A DNA stretch of 64,000 nt from Candidatus Cloacimonadales bacterium. GTDB taxonomy: Bacteria > Cloacimonadota > Cloacimonadia > Cloacimonadales > JAIOQZ01. Shown piece after piece: positions 9,528-18,812 of the stretch. Numbering within the stretch: position 1 is the first letter of the stretch; every line of letters begins with the position of its first letter. The stretch is from assembly GCA_963665815.1 (NCBI GenBank), contig OY762463.1, positions 1,376,001 to 1,440,000 on the forward strand, written 5' to 3'. The notes beneath the pieces are model-generated. The model worked only from the letters and a program-made list of their open reading frames with translations. It did not search any database and was not told where the DNA came from. The position numbers were made by a program, and so were the translations under genes.

Positions 9528-10768
9528 CAGTAATTATTCTTGTACTTGTATCTGGATGCGGAAATAAAAATCTAAGAATCAACGGCAATCTTGATACCAG
9601 AATAATCATTTCCGAGAGTATACAGCTTAATGATGCTCTTAAAAGAGAAAGATTTGAGAACATACTTATTGAAGGCGACAACGGCGTTGCTGCATTAATT
9701 TCAGCAGATACTGCCAGAGAAATCGCAATTGAGAGATTAGAAAAAGGTTTTTCAGCTGATTCTGATGGGTTACCTCCTGTATGTAACATCAATAATATCT
9801 CAAGCATTTCAGTATATGCATCCTGTTACGATTACGAGATCAGATTTTTTGATGGGATAAATGAAATAGAGCGTCTCACTCCATTCAATTATATGATGAA
9901 AGAATTTGATTTTCTTGGAGAGTCCAGTAAAAATGGACATTCTGCCAGAAAATTCAAACGCAAATCGGATTATCTTCATAACTGGATGAAAGAAGATTCT
10001 ATTCTCGTCATAACTGAAAAAGAGACTAACAAAATACTGCAAAAACCAGAGTTCGAGGAGATTATCTTTGATGGTAAACAATTAGTTTATAATAATGAAA
10101 GAATAATTGGGCTATGGGCTAATCCTCCTCTCAGAATGGAGCAACTTACCGGTATCTTTGAGGATTCACTTGTTAACAGTAATTTAATGGTGATTTTCAT
10201 CGATGGTCTCGGAGTAAAATATATTGATCAGAACTCAGAAGCTGTAAAACTATTTACTGAAGACTATACTTTCAGTCCTCTGCTTTCAGCATACCCATCT
10301 AAGACAAAAAAAAATAGCTGGGTCATGATGTCTGGGAAAGATCATAAGCTTGAGGGAAGAAAAGTTCTGGAAGAATTTGAGGTTCACGAATCAATACTTG
10401 TTGAAGGAGATCATGTTTACAACACATCAGCTATTCCTATGATCCAATGTACTGATATGGATAAAGACGGATTCATTGATGAAGAGATTTTTGAAGCTGC
10501 TCGAGAGGCAGTCAAAAAGAAACCTGATTTTCTGATAGTACATTTCCACTCATTTGATGATTTTGGTCATGAAACAGGGGCATATTCTCCTGAAAGAGAT
10601 TCCATTCTTGCATTGAATTACAAATATGTTAAATCATTAACAGATAACTGGAATGGTAAAGTGATGCTTGTATCAGATCATGGAATGCACACAAAATCTA
10701 ATGGTAAAGGAACGCATGGAAGCCTTATGCTGGATGACATGTTGGCAATAAAAGGAGAAACAAAATGA
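9497..10768 (+). CDS. Lipoprotein with C-terminal alkaline phosphatase / nucleotide pyrophosphatase superfamily domain
   Basis: Lipobox VSGC; metal-ligand motifs FIDGLG, YPSKT, HSFDDFGH, SDHG and THG. Confidence 0.8.
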   Translation: MEKRFIVPTIAVIILVLVSGCGNKNLRINGNLDTRIIISESIQLNDALKRERFENILIEGDNGVAALISADTAREIAIERLEKGFSADSDGLPPVCNINNISSISVYASCYDYEIRFFDGINEIERLTPFNYMMKEFDFLGESSKNGHSARKFKRKSDYLHNWMKEDSILVITEKETNKILQKPEFEEIIFDGKQLVYNNERIIGLWANPPLRMEQLTGIFEDSLVNSNLMVIFIDGLGVKYIDQNSEAVKLFTEDYTFSPLLSAYPSKTKKNSWVMMSGKDHKLEGRKVLEEFEVHESILVEGDHVYNTSAIPMIQCTDMDKDGFIDEEIFEAAREAVKKKPDFLIVHFHSFDDFGHETGAYSPERDSILALNYKYVKSLTDNWNGKVMLVSDHGMHTKSNGKGTHGSLMLDDMLAIKGETK

Positions 10769-11166
10769 AATACATTATTGGTATACTTGTAGCTTTGATA
10801 TTACTTTTAACAGCACTGATTATGTACAAACAATCAGAGAAACTTGTTGATCTTGGTACCAGAATTCACTTTGATAAATACTATGCTCAAATGCAGAATA
10901 TCAAATCTGAAAAAGTTTCTTACAACGCTAAAGAATTAGAAGTTATCAAAGTTAATGATGTGCTTGGTTTATTCGAAGTAGACAAAAAAGGATTATCTTC
11001 CATCACATTCTTTGCCAATGATGGAGGTTCTTTGAAAGTTGATTCAAACGAACTGGATAACCTTTATTTACAGGCTATGGAAAACGGAACTTACAGACTT
11101 GTTATTCCGAGTGATCAATTTAAACAAAGATGGCTTAAAAACATTGCAAGTATAGAATGCCAGTAA
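10765..11166 (+). CDS. Membrane-anchored protein with one molybdopterin-binding-like domain
   Basis: N-terminal TM; FFANDGG, YRLVIPSD and RWLKNIASIE resemble the C-terminal half of the Oxidored_molyb fold. Confidence 0.6.
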   Translation: MKYIIGILVALILLLTALIMYKQSEKLVDLGTRIHFDKYYAQMQNIKSEKVSYNAKELEVIKVNDVLGLFEVDKKGLSSITFFANDGGSLKVDSNELDNLYLQAMENGTYRLVIPSDQFKQRWLKNIASIECQ

Positions 11167-11167
11167 A

Positions 11168-11833
11168 ATGTCATTGATCAGTATTTCCAATCTCAATTTC
11201 CGCTACAACCTTTCCGGAAATCATATTATACGTAACTTTTCAGCAGAATTGGAAAAGGGGAAAATTTATGGAATTTCAGGAGAGAGCGGTTCGGGAAAAT
11301 CTACTTTGTTAAAGCTTATTAGTGGAATTATACCGGAATACTTCAACGGAATCGTAGAAGGAATAGTAAAACTGGCAGATAAACCTGTTAAAGAATATGA
11401 ATCTTTCAATCTTGGTAAGACTCTGCAATTCGTTATGCAGGAACCTGATCATCAGTTGTTTCTGCCAACCGTACTGGATGAACTAATATTCAGCAGTGAA
11501 AACTACTCCTTTTCAAGAGAACAGATTCAGCAGAATCTAAACAGAGTATTAAATATATTTCCACTACAGGACTTTCTGAACACCTATACTAACAAATTGT
11601 CGTATGGCACCAAAAGACTGGTTAACATAGCATCAGCAGAGATGATAAGACCGGATATTATTATCATTGATGAACCTTTCAGTGGATTGTCAGGTAAAAT
11701 GATCACACTGCTTAAGAAGTTCTTCCTGCAGATTAAGTCTGATAACAGAACAGTGATACTGACAGATCATCATATTGAGAATGAAAATATATGTGATACC
11801 GTATTCTCCCCCGAAGATTTCTGTAAGGAATGA
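11168..11833 (+). CDS. ecfA: ECF transporter ATPase (A component)
   Basis: GESGSGKST, Q-loop MQEPDHQLFLPTVLDELIF typical of EcfA/CbiO, LSYG, IIDEP. Confidence 0.88.
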   Translation: MSLISISNLNFRYNLSGNHIIRNFSAELEKGKIYGISGESGSGKSTLLKLISGIIPEYFNGIVEGIVKLADKPVKEYESFNLGKTLQFVMQEPDHQLFLPTVLDELIFSSENYSFSREQIQQNLNRVLNIFPLQDFLNTYTNKLSYGTKRLVNIASAEMIRPDIIIIDEPFSGLSGKMITLLKKFFLQIKSDNRTVILTDHHIENENICDTVFSPEDFCKE

Positions 11834-12459
11834 TTATGCTCAGAATAAGCAACCTTTCATGCGGATTCAAAGATAAACTTTTACTTAAAAACAGCAAATT
11901 AACGGCTGAACCTGGCAATATAATCAGGATTTCAGGAGATAACGGTATAGGTAAATCAACCTTTCTGCAATGCCTTATAGGGCTGCACGAAGCTTCCGAT
12001 GGTACAGTAATACTCAATTCAACTGATCTGCTTAACTCTCCTACTGAAAAATGTGCAGAAACTGTTTTCTACCAGAGACAGAAGCCCTATGACAATGTGC
12101 TGTTCACGACACCATTACAGGAAATGTGCTTTTTTACAGATCAGAACAAAGCTGAAGGCATACTGAAGAAATATAACCTTTATGAAGTTCGGAACTCACC
12201 TGTATGGAATCTCAGTTACGGGCAGGTAAAGAGAATCACTTTTAGTGTCATGGACACAATGAATAAAGAGCTGTATTTACTTGACGAGCCTTTTGCAGGT
12301 CTCGACAGAACCAATGCCGAAATTGTTGCTTCATCTGTTGATCAACTGGCTGGTAACGGAAAAATAGTAATTATTATAAGTCACAACGATAAAATTTGTT
12401 CTAACCTTAACGCAATAAAATTTGAAATAAGAAACAGGCAATTCATTGCTGTTGAATAG
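11830..12459 (+). CDS. ECF transporter ATPase (A' component)
   Basis: GDNGIGKST, LSYGQVKR, LLDEP, ISH. Confidence 0.85.
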   Translation: MIMLRISNLSCGFKDKLLLKNSKLTAEPGNIIRISGDNGIGKSTFLQCLIGLHEASDGTVILNSTDLLNSPTEKCAETVFYQRQKPYDNVLFTTPLQEMCFFTDQNKAEGILKKYNLYEVRNSPVWNLSYGQVKRITFSVMDTMNKELYLLDEPFAGLDRTNAEIVASSVDQLAGNGKIVIIISHNDKICSNLNAIKFEIRNRQFIAVE

Positions 12460-12469
12460 AGGATATTAA

Positions 12470-14419
12470 ATGAAAAAACATGTAATTTTTGTGTGTATCT
12501 TTCTGATTACCTGTATGTTAGTTGCAGAAGATAACCAGAAAAAACCTGAATACGAAATGCAATATGTAAATGAGGATTCTACAAAACTTGTTAAAGTATA
12601 CAAAATGGAGAGCATCCGGGTTGTCGAAGCTAAATCAAAATCCAGCTTCAGTAAGCCTGTTATTAAAACGATCCCTGAAAATGAGAGTCCCAAAGACTTA
12701 CAGGCAGCAGATCTGCTTGAAGACATCAATGGTGTTGAACTGCAGACCGGAGGAAAAGACGGTCAACATATCAGCATCCGTGGTTTCAAACAATCTCAGA
12801 TCAAGATACTTGTTGATGGCAGACCTTATGGAAGCGGATACTTCGCGAACATAGATCTGAGTACAATTCCAGTCTCTGAGATTAAGGAAGTAAGAGTTAT
12901 AAAAGGGCCTGTAGCATCAGTATATGGTTCTGACACCATGGGCGGAGTTGTAAATATTATTACTAAATCTCCAGATGATAAGAAATGGGGTAATGTTGGA
13001 GTAATAGTTAAAAGAAATGTCACTAACAAGGAGTATATCTCTGTGTCCCACGATTTTGACTCATTTGATTTCTGGGTGTATGGCAGCAGAAATCAGAGAA
13101 CAGGATTCATGCTGTCTGAAGACTTTGAACCGACTCCGAATGAAAATGGTAATGTAAGAAATAACATGGATTCCGAACAATATGACTTCATGTCAAAATT
13201 TAATTACGAAGCAACTGAGAAACTCAATCTTGGATTAGATGCAAGCTTTTCCTATGCTGCAGACAAAGAGATTCCTTCCAGTATAGATGATAAACTATAC
13301 AGAAAATTCACAGATGTAAAAAGATTTCAGGAATCAGTTTTTGCAAAATATATGGTAAACGACTACTGGATATGTGATTTCAACAGTTATTTTGACTACA
13401 ATGAAGACAGCTATGCTGAGTACAGTGATGAAGATCTGACTGATATGAATTCCAGCTGGCCATCAAAACTGAAACACTCTACGCTTGGTTTTACACAGAA
13501 CAATACTTACACAATGCTGAATGAAAATGTTATAGCTTTTGGATTCCGTTTCGAGAACCAGACTTACAATCGAAAAGGTGGAACTAATTACGAAGACTGG
13601 GTTTCCAATAATTACTCTTACATTAACGGATTCCTCCAGTACACTCATAAGATTTCTGATTTCAGAATTATTGGAGGCACAGGAGTTTCCATGTTTACTC
13701 TTAACGATGAATTTGATTTCAATACTCATTTCGAACCGTCAATTTCCGTTAACTATTCTACTCAGAAAACGGAGAATTCAATAAGCTATGCAATAAATAC
13801 AAAATTTCCATCCCTGCAAAACCTTTACGGCAGTTCAAGCGGGAATGAAGATTTGACTGAGCAGAAAGCTCATAGAGCAGAATATTCATTCAGCTATTCA
13901 GATGTTATTAATACAGGTTCAGTAAGTGTCCCTGTGAACTATTCCACACAAGTTTTTTATAACAGGATTGAGGATGAGATTCAGGAAATAAATAACACAT
14001 ATGAAAATGTATCAGAATATGAGTCTTACGGTTTTGATTCAAGCCTGAAGTTTAAGCTTCTTACTTCTCACACAATAGAATACTCATTTCTTAAACTGCA
14101 TGACAGCCCGAAAGAGCTTCCGATTCCATCGAGAAACTCGGTAAAAGTTGTGGAGTCATATGAGTTTGAACCAATCAGAGATATGAAAGCTTCTGTTTTC
14201 GGTGAGTTTCAATACAAGGATATCGTAACAGACTTTGACTATGATGTTGTGGATGTAATCTCTCCATATTGGATTCTTAACTCAGGATTTAACACAAAGT
14301 TCCTGCAATACAAATTTTCATTTGAAGTTGAGAATATCCTGGATACAGACTATGAAACAAGAATCGGCTATCCAATGCCGGGAATCAACTACATATTGTC
14401 TATGGAGTACTCGTTTTAA
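12470..14419 (+). CDS. TonB-dependent outer-membrane receptor
   Basis: Signal peptide; plug motifs ISIRG, ILVDGRP, VIKGPVASVYGSDTMGGVVNIIT; C-terminal ENILD..Y...GYPMPG and terminal Phe (YSF). Confidence 0.93.
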   Translation: MKKHVIFVCIFLITCMLVAEDNQKKPEYEMQYVNEDSTKLVKVYKMESIRVVEAKSKSSFSKPVIKTIPENESPKDLQAADLLEDINGVELQTGGKDGQHISIRGFKQSQIKILVDGRPYGSGYFANIDLSTIPVSEIKEVRVIKGPVASVYGSDTMGGVVNIITKSPDDKKWGNVGVIVKRNVTNKEYISVSHDFDSFDFWVYGSRNQRTGFMLSEDFEPTPNENGNVRNNMDSEQYDFMSKFNYEATEKLNLGLDASFSYAADKEIPSSIDDKLYRKFTDVKRFQESVFAKYMVNDYWICDFNSYFDYNEDSYAEYSDEDLTDMNSSWPSKLKHSTLGFTQNNTYTMLNENVIAFGFRFENQTYNRKGGTNYEDWVSNNYSYINGFLQYTHKISDFRIIGGTGVSMFTLNDEFDFNTHFEPSISVNYSTQKTENSISYAINTKFPSLQNLYGSSSGNEDLTEQKAHRAEYSFSYSDVINTGSVSVPVNYSTQVFYNRIEDEIQEINNTYENVSEYESYGFDSSLKFKLLTSHTIEYSFLKLHDSPKELPIPSRNSVKVVESYEFEPIRDMKASVFGEFQYKDIVTDFDYDVVDVISPYWILNSGFNTKFLQYKFSFEVENILDTDYETRIGYPMPGINYILSMEYSF

Positions 14420-14421
14420 CA

Positions 14422-15153
14422 ATGAAATCTCTGGATGTACGCACAAAAATATCTCTGGTAATGCTGGTTACATCACTATCGGTAATATATCAGAATCTTA
14501 TACTGCAGTCGGTTCTGCTGGCTGCAGCGTTTCTGCTTGTATTGCTTCTTGCTGAGACGAGAGAAGGACGCAAAGGAATGAGTCCTTTCAGAATGTTAAA
14601 GACTATTACTATTATCTTCTTTGCCCAAATATTTTTCAGGCAAACAGGAGACATCCTGTTTCAATACTCGTTTATAAAAATCACAACTGACGGACTCGTC
14701 TATGCAGGGAGTTCCACCAGTCGTCTTCTGATTATCTTCATGTCTGCTAAGATCCTGTTTGGTGTTCCTTTAACCGAGTTTGTCATAGCCTTTCGTAAAT
14801 GGAAGATTCCTTATGTAATCTCGTTTATGGTAGCAATGGTAATTCACCTGATTCCGGATTTCAGTCATAAAGTAAGAAATAAAATGGAACTGCTCAAAAT
14901 CCGTGGTCATGCCTTCGGTTCCATGTCTCTCTCAGAGAAGATTAAGATAATCTCAAGAATCATTGTCCCGATTGTAGGCGAAGCACTCTCTCAGGCACGC
15001 TACAGAGTTGTATCTCTGGAAATGCGAGGATTTCACAGCTCCGGTAGACGCACCTACTTTAAAGACAAATCACTCTCCCCTATTGACTATGCTATTCAGA
15101 TTCCTGTTCTTGTTGTGTTTGTGGCTGGGATTGTCGGAGGTTTTCAAATGTAA
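14422..15153 (+). CDS. ecfT: ECF transporter transmembrane T component
   Basis: LDVRTKI N-terminus, TM helices and two conserved xRG motifs (KIRG, EMRGF). Confidence 0.9.
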   Translation: MKSLDVRTKISLVMLVTSLSVIYQNLILQSVLLAAAFLLVLLLAETREGRKGMSPFRMLKTITIIFFAQIFFRQTGDILFQYSFIKITTDGLVYAGSSTSRLLIIFMSAKILFGVPLTEFVIAFRKWKIPYVISFMVAMVIHLIPDFSHKVRNKMELLKIRGHAFGSMSLSEKIKIISRIIVPIVGEALSQARYRVVSLEMRGFHSSGRRTYFKDKSLSPIDYAIQIPVLVVFVAGIVGGFQM

Positions 15154-16036
15154 TTCCCTGATTATGCCATGCACTTGGATGTGATTCTGTTTCAAAGTAA
15201 ATGATGTTTTTATTTTTAGTTTCATTTAATAGAGTCCGAATTGCATCTCTTACTTGGACAAAACATGTCTTATTATTCCCAGATTTACTTCTAGTGCATG
15301 CATTAACAATAATTTGGAGATTTTCTCCACCAAGATAATCTTTCATTCTAACAAGAAATTTTTCTTTCTGACCTTTTTCAAATAGGAAGTTCCACACATT
15401 ATTTCTCACAGACTTATCTATACCATTCTTATGAATATAGTTCAATGATGCTTGAAGTTGTACTGGATTGCTTATAATAACGCTTATTTTGTTTGGCAAA
15501 TCATGATTGTTTTCTTTGCATTTATTAATTAGTTTTGGCAATATATAATACTGAAATTTGCACATGAAATAGTTATCTATATTATCTCCAGTGTTTTTCA
15601 TAGCTGGTCCGATTGGTTCAAAGTTTTCATCAAATTCATGTTCATGAGGTGATTCTATAATCAATATGCATTTCACCGGGCTAATATCTGCATGATCGCA
15701 ATTATCATCCCCAAATCGATTATTGAAATATGGATTACAATCGTTACTATAAAGATCAGACTCATATTGGTTTTGACCATTTACCCTATAAATATCATAT
15801 CTCCACACATCAGGTACTTTTTTTCTGAAGAAATCTTCATTCACAACATATATATTATTATTATCTTTTTTGATATAACGACATCTCTCAATGTTTTCTA
15901 AAACTTCCTCTGAGTTTTTATCTTTAATATTATATTCAATAGTCATTTCATTTCCATTGTATTTCAATTTAAAATTTAATGAGTTTAATTTCCCATTTTT
16001 CTTGGAACTCTTTACTTTTTTAATACTCATTATCAC
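15092..16036 (-). CDS. AT-rich hypothetical protein, possible uracil-DNA-glycosylase-like fold
   Basis: ILIIESPH..EF, PIGPA...TG and C-terminal HPS resemble UDG superfamily motifs 1 and 2. The 3' end overlaps ecfT convergently by 62 bp. Confidence 0.5.
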   Translation of the reverse strand: MIMSIKKVKSSKKNGKLNSLNFKLKYNGNEMTIEYNIKDKNSEEVLENIERCRYIKKDNNNIYVVNEDFFRKKVPDVWRYDIYRVNGQNQYESDLYSNDCNPYFNNRFGDDNCDHADISPVKCILIIESPHEHEFDENFEPIGPAMKNTGDNIDNYFMCKFQYYILPKLINKCKENNHDLPNKISVIISNPVQLQASLNYIHKNGIDKSVRNNVWNFLFEKGQKEKFLVRMKDYLGGENLQIIVNACTRSKSGNNKTCFVQVRDAIRTLLNETKNKNIIYFETESHPSAWHNQGITFENLRQSQPQTQQEQESE

Positions 16037-16093
16037 TCCCTTTTATTTATTTCCTCAATCTCCACATAAATCATATTTATTATCAAATGTTTT

Positions 16094-16777
16094 TTATTTC
16101 CTTACCCTCACCACTGCATCTGCACTGCCGTAACCAAGATTTTTCACCCCGGAATCACTTTCCAGAATGTACTCAACCAGTGGATTCTCCACTCCGGCAA
16201 TATTAAGGAACAATTCTGCCAGAACAATATGAGATAAATCTGTTCCGGTGATAATCAGCTCAGTGGGATCTAGTTTATTGCTATGCCCCAGCATAAACAC
16301 AGGTAAATAGTCCGATTCCCCTTGAGCTTTGTACTTCTGCAGAGGATACTTACCTGCAATAGCCTTATTGTATGTATATGAAATATGACCTGCGTGATAA
16401 CTGTCTATAATACAATTTCGGCTGTAGTTGTCTGCACTGAGTTTGATAGACTTAATCCTGCTCAGTGGATTTTCCAGAATAATCCTGCTTTCTGTCCCTT
16501 CATCCTGATAGGGAGGTAAAGAATCGTTATCCCGATGAAAAACCGTGTTGAGAATCCAGAGTGCCAGATTCCTGTAAGACTTCTGACTAAGATGGAAGTC
16601 AAATTTGTGCTTTCTGTAATAAGTGCTTATATTTGCAGATTTGACATCAATAATCATCTCTTTATCCGTGTATAGGTGCTCACAAGGGCTCCACCCGGTA
16701 GATACTCTTATGCTATCAAACCTGCTGTTGAAATTGTTTTCAAAAAGTTTGTCGAATATGGAATTAAAGCTATTCAT
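16094..16777 (-). CDS. Hypothetical protein, paralog of upstream gene (Imm32-like C-terminus)
   Basis: Start reassigned to MNSFNSIF behind GGAGGGAG, overlapping the upstream stop. Aligns by eye with 16770..17468. Confidence 0.65.
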   Translation of the reverse strand: MNSFNSIFDKLFENNFNSRFDSIRVSTGWSPCEHLYTDKEMIIDVKSANISTYYRKHKFDFHLSQKSYRNLALWILNTVFHRDNDSLPPYQDEGTESRIILENPLSRIKSIKLSADNYSRNCIIDSYHAGHISYTYNKAIAGKYPLQKYKAQGESDYLPVFMLGHSNKLDPTELIITGTDLSHIVLAELFLNIAGVENPLVEYILESDSGVKNLGYGSADAVVRVRK

Positions 16778-17468
16778 CGTCTCCCTCCACAACCCCAGAT
16801 ATAATAAAGCATAGTTCTGTACTGTCAGGACCAACCCCTCCCAGATTTTCATCGGAGTCCAGATAGAATTCCTTATGTTGTACATTATCCTGTGATATAT
16901 TCAGCAGGAAATCAGCCAGAGCAATCATTGACTTAGCACTTCCTTCTATTTTTGCAATATCTCTATCAAACCAGTCTTCTTCTGTGTCAATATAGCCTTT
17001 GGAGTTAGTTAAATGGATTACCGGAAGCTGATTTCTGGGATAAAAGTCTTTGGAATAATAGTAGTTCACAATATTCGGATTTTCTTCAAATTTATAGTAT
17101 AATGGTCTTGATTTATAGCCTTTCAGGAGTTCATCCTCATCCTTTCCATTATACCTGATAATGATTTTATGGATGTCATTATTCTCATTATGCAGATTTA
17201 TGGTCATCTCGTTGACTGAATCACTGAATACAACTGCCAGTATAGCCAGACCAAGATTTCGTGCATTTTCTGCAGACAGTTCAAACTTGATATATCCGCG
17301 CATACTGGAAGCTTCACCTACATTGCAGTCTGATACAGTCCTGATCAGATAATCTTCCATTTCTGTCTCTGGAGTCAGGATATCAGGTTCAAACTCCAGA
17401 TTGTAGTACTCAGATTTAAACTCTTCTTCGAACACATTGTTAAACCATTCATTGAAGTCAGTTATCAT
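16770..17468 (-). CDS. Acidic hypothetical protein (Imm32-like C-terminus)
   Basis: GGAGG RBS; IEGSAKSMIALADFLLNI...LDSDENLGGVGPDSTELCF. Confidence 0.65.
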   Translation of the reverse strand: MITDFNEWFNNVFEEEFKSEYYNLEFEPDILTPETEMEDYLIRTVSDCNVGEASSMRGYIKFELSAENARNLGLAILAVVFSDSVNEMTINLHNENNDIHKIIIRYNGKDEDELLKGYKSRPLYYKFEENPNIVNYYYSKDFYPRNQLPVIHLTNSKGYIDTEEDWFDRDIAKIEGSAKSMIALADFLLNISQDNVQHKEFYLDSDENLGGVGPDSTELCFIISGVVEGDDE

Positions 17469-17611
17469 TTATTCCTCCGACCTTCAGCACACTAAGTTAA
17501 CAGGAATTGTCAATTTAATTATATCTTCTATCTATATCCGAACTATCACTTATCATTTTTTGTTTGACAACGATTACCAGTTCTATTCACGTATGCCACA
17601 AGGGAGATAAT

Positions 17612-18802
17612 ATGAAATCTAAATTCTTATTGATTGTATTACTCATCTTGTGCCCTTGCCTGATGTTCTCACAAGTGATAAGGGAAAGAAAACCTGATCC
17701 CTTCACAAAACCGACTCAGGAAATGGTTACCATAGAAAGAGTAATTAATAACTTGATTGTCAAAGATAATCCTGACGATGCAGGATCGGCAATATTACTT
17801 ACATGGCAAGTTGATGAAGAAAATCTTGAAGGCATTAAATTCATCAGAATCAGACGTGCTGAACCGGGTAAAGATTTTATTGATATTACCAAAGAAGATC
17901 CATCCACAACAAAATTTCTGGATACTCAGAATATTCAGGATGGAGTAACTTACAGATATACTGTCGAACTTGTTGGTTTTATGAATAAAACCTATGCACT
18001 GGAAGGTAGTGAAGCTGTTTCCAAGGCTCAATGGTTTAATCATTCCAAACTACCTATTCTGATAATGCTTCTTCTGCTTAGTGCTGCAATAATCTACTAC
18101 ATTCTATCAGCCAAGAGCGGAAAAGATCTTTACATCAGAAGAATCAGCGGACTTGACTCCATGGACGAAGCTGTTGGACGTGCTACCGAGATGGGACAAC
18201 CAATCTTGTTTGTTCCCGGCATCAATGACCTTGATGATATCCAGACTCTTGCAGGTCTTACTATCCTGGGTCAGCTTGCCCAGAAAACAGCAGAATATGA
18301 TGCCGAGATTCTCGTTCCTGTTTCCAAGTCGATGGTAATGTCCACAGCAAGAGAAGTTGTGAAAGAAGCATATCTTAAAGCAGGGAGATCCGACTCATTC
18401 AATCCTGATTGTGTATTCTACCTTACTGATGATCAGTTTGGATTTGTTGCCGGAGTAGATGGTATTATGGTCAGAGAAAAACCTGCTGCGAATTTCTTCC
18501 TCGGTGCTTTTTATGCAGAATCCCTGATTCTTGCCGAGACCGGTTTCTCAAGCGGATCAATCCAAACCGCCGGAACAGCGATGCCAAGTCAGCTGCCATT
18601 CTTTGTTGCAGCGTGTGACTATACACTTATTGGGGAAGAACTGTTTGCTGCCTCAGCTTACCTTTCCAAAGATCCGCATCAACTGGGAAGTCTTAAAGGA
18701 CAGGATATTGGAAAAGCATTGTTTATCATTGTCGTAATTATTGGAATTACCCTGGAAATTGCCGGATATAGCGGTTTTAAGAATTTCCTGATGGGATTAT
18801 AA
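17612..18802 (+). CDS. Membrane protein with FN3-like domain and DUF6754-like C-terminal domain
   Basis: Start at MKSKF behind GGGAG; signal peptide, FN3-like segment and TM; conserved IRRISGL...EAVGRATEMG.P and CDYTLIGEELFAASAYLS motifs. Confidence 0.75.
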   Translation: MKSKFLLIVLLILCPCLMFSQVIRERKPDPFTKPTQEMVTIERVINNLIVKDNPDDAGSAILLTWQVDEENLEGIKFIRIRRAEPGKDFIDITKEDPSTTKFLDTQNIQDGVTYRYTVELVGFMNKTYALEGSEAVSKAQWFNHSKLPILIMLLLLSAAIIYYILSAKSGKDLYIRRISGLDSMDEAVGRATEMGQPILFVPGINDLDDIQTLAGLTILGQLAQKTAEYDAEILVPVSKSMVMSTAREVVKEAYLKAGRSDSFNPDCVFYLTDDQFGFVAGVDGIMVREKPAANFFLGAFYAESLILAETGFSSGSIQTAGTAMPSQLPFFVAACDYTLIGEELFAASAYLSKDPHQLGSLKGQDIGKALFIIVVIIGITLEIAGYSGFKNFLMGL

Positions 18803-18812
18803 GGGAGAATTT

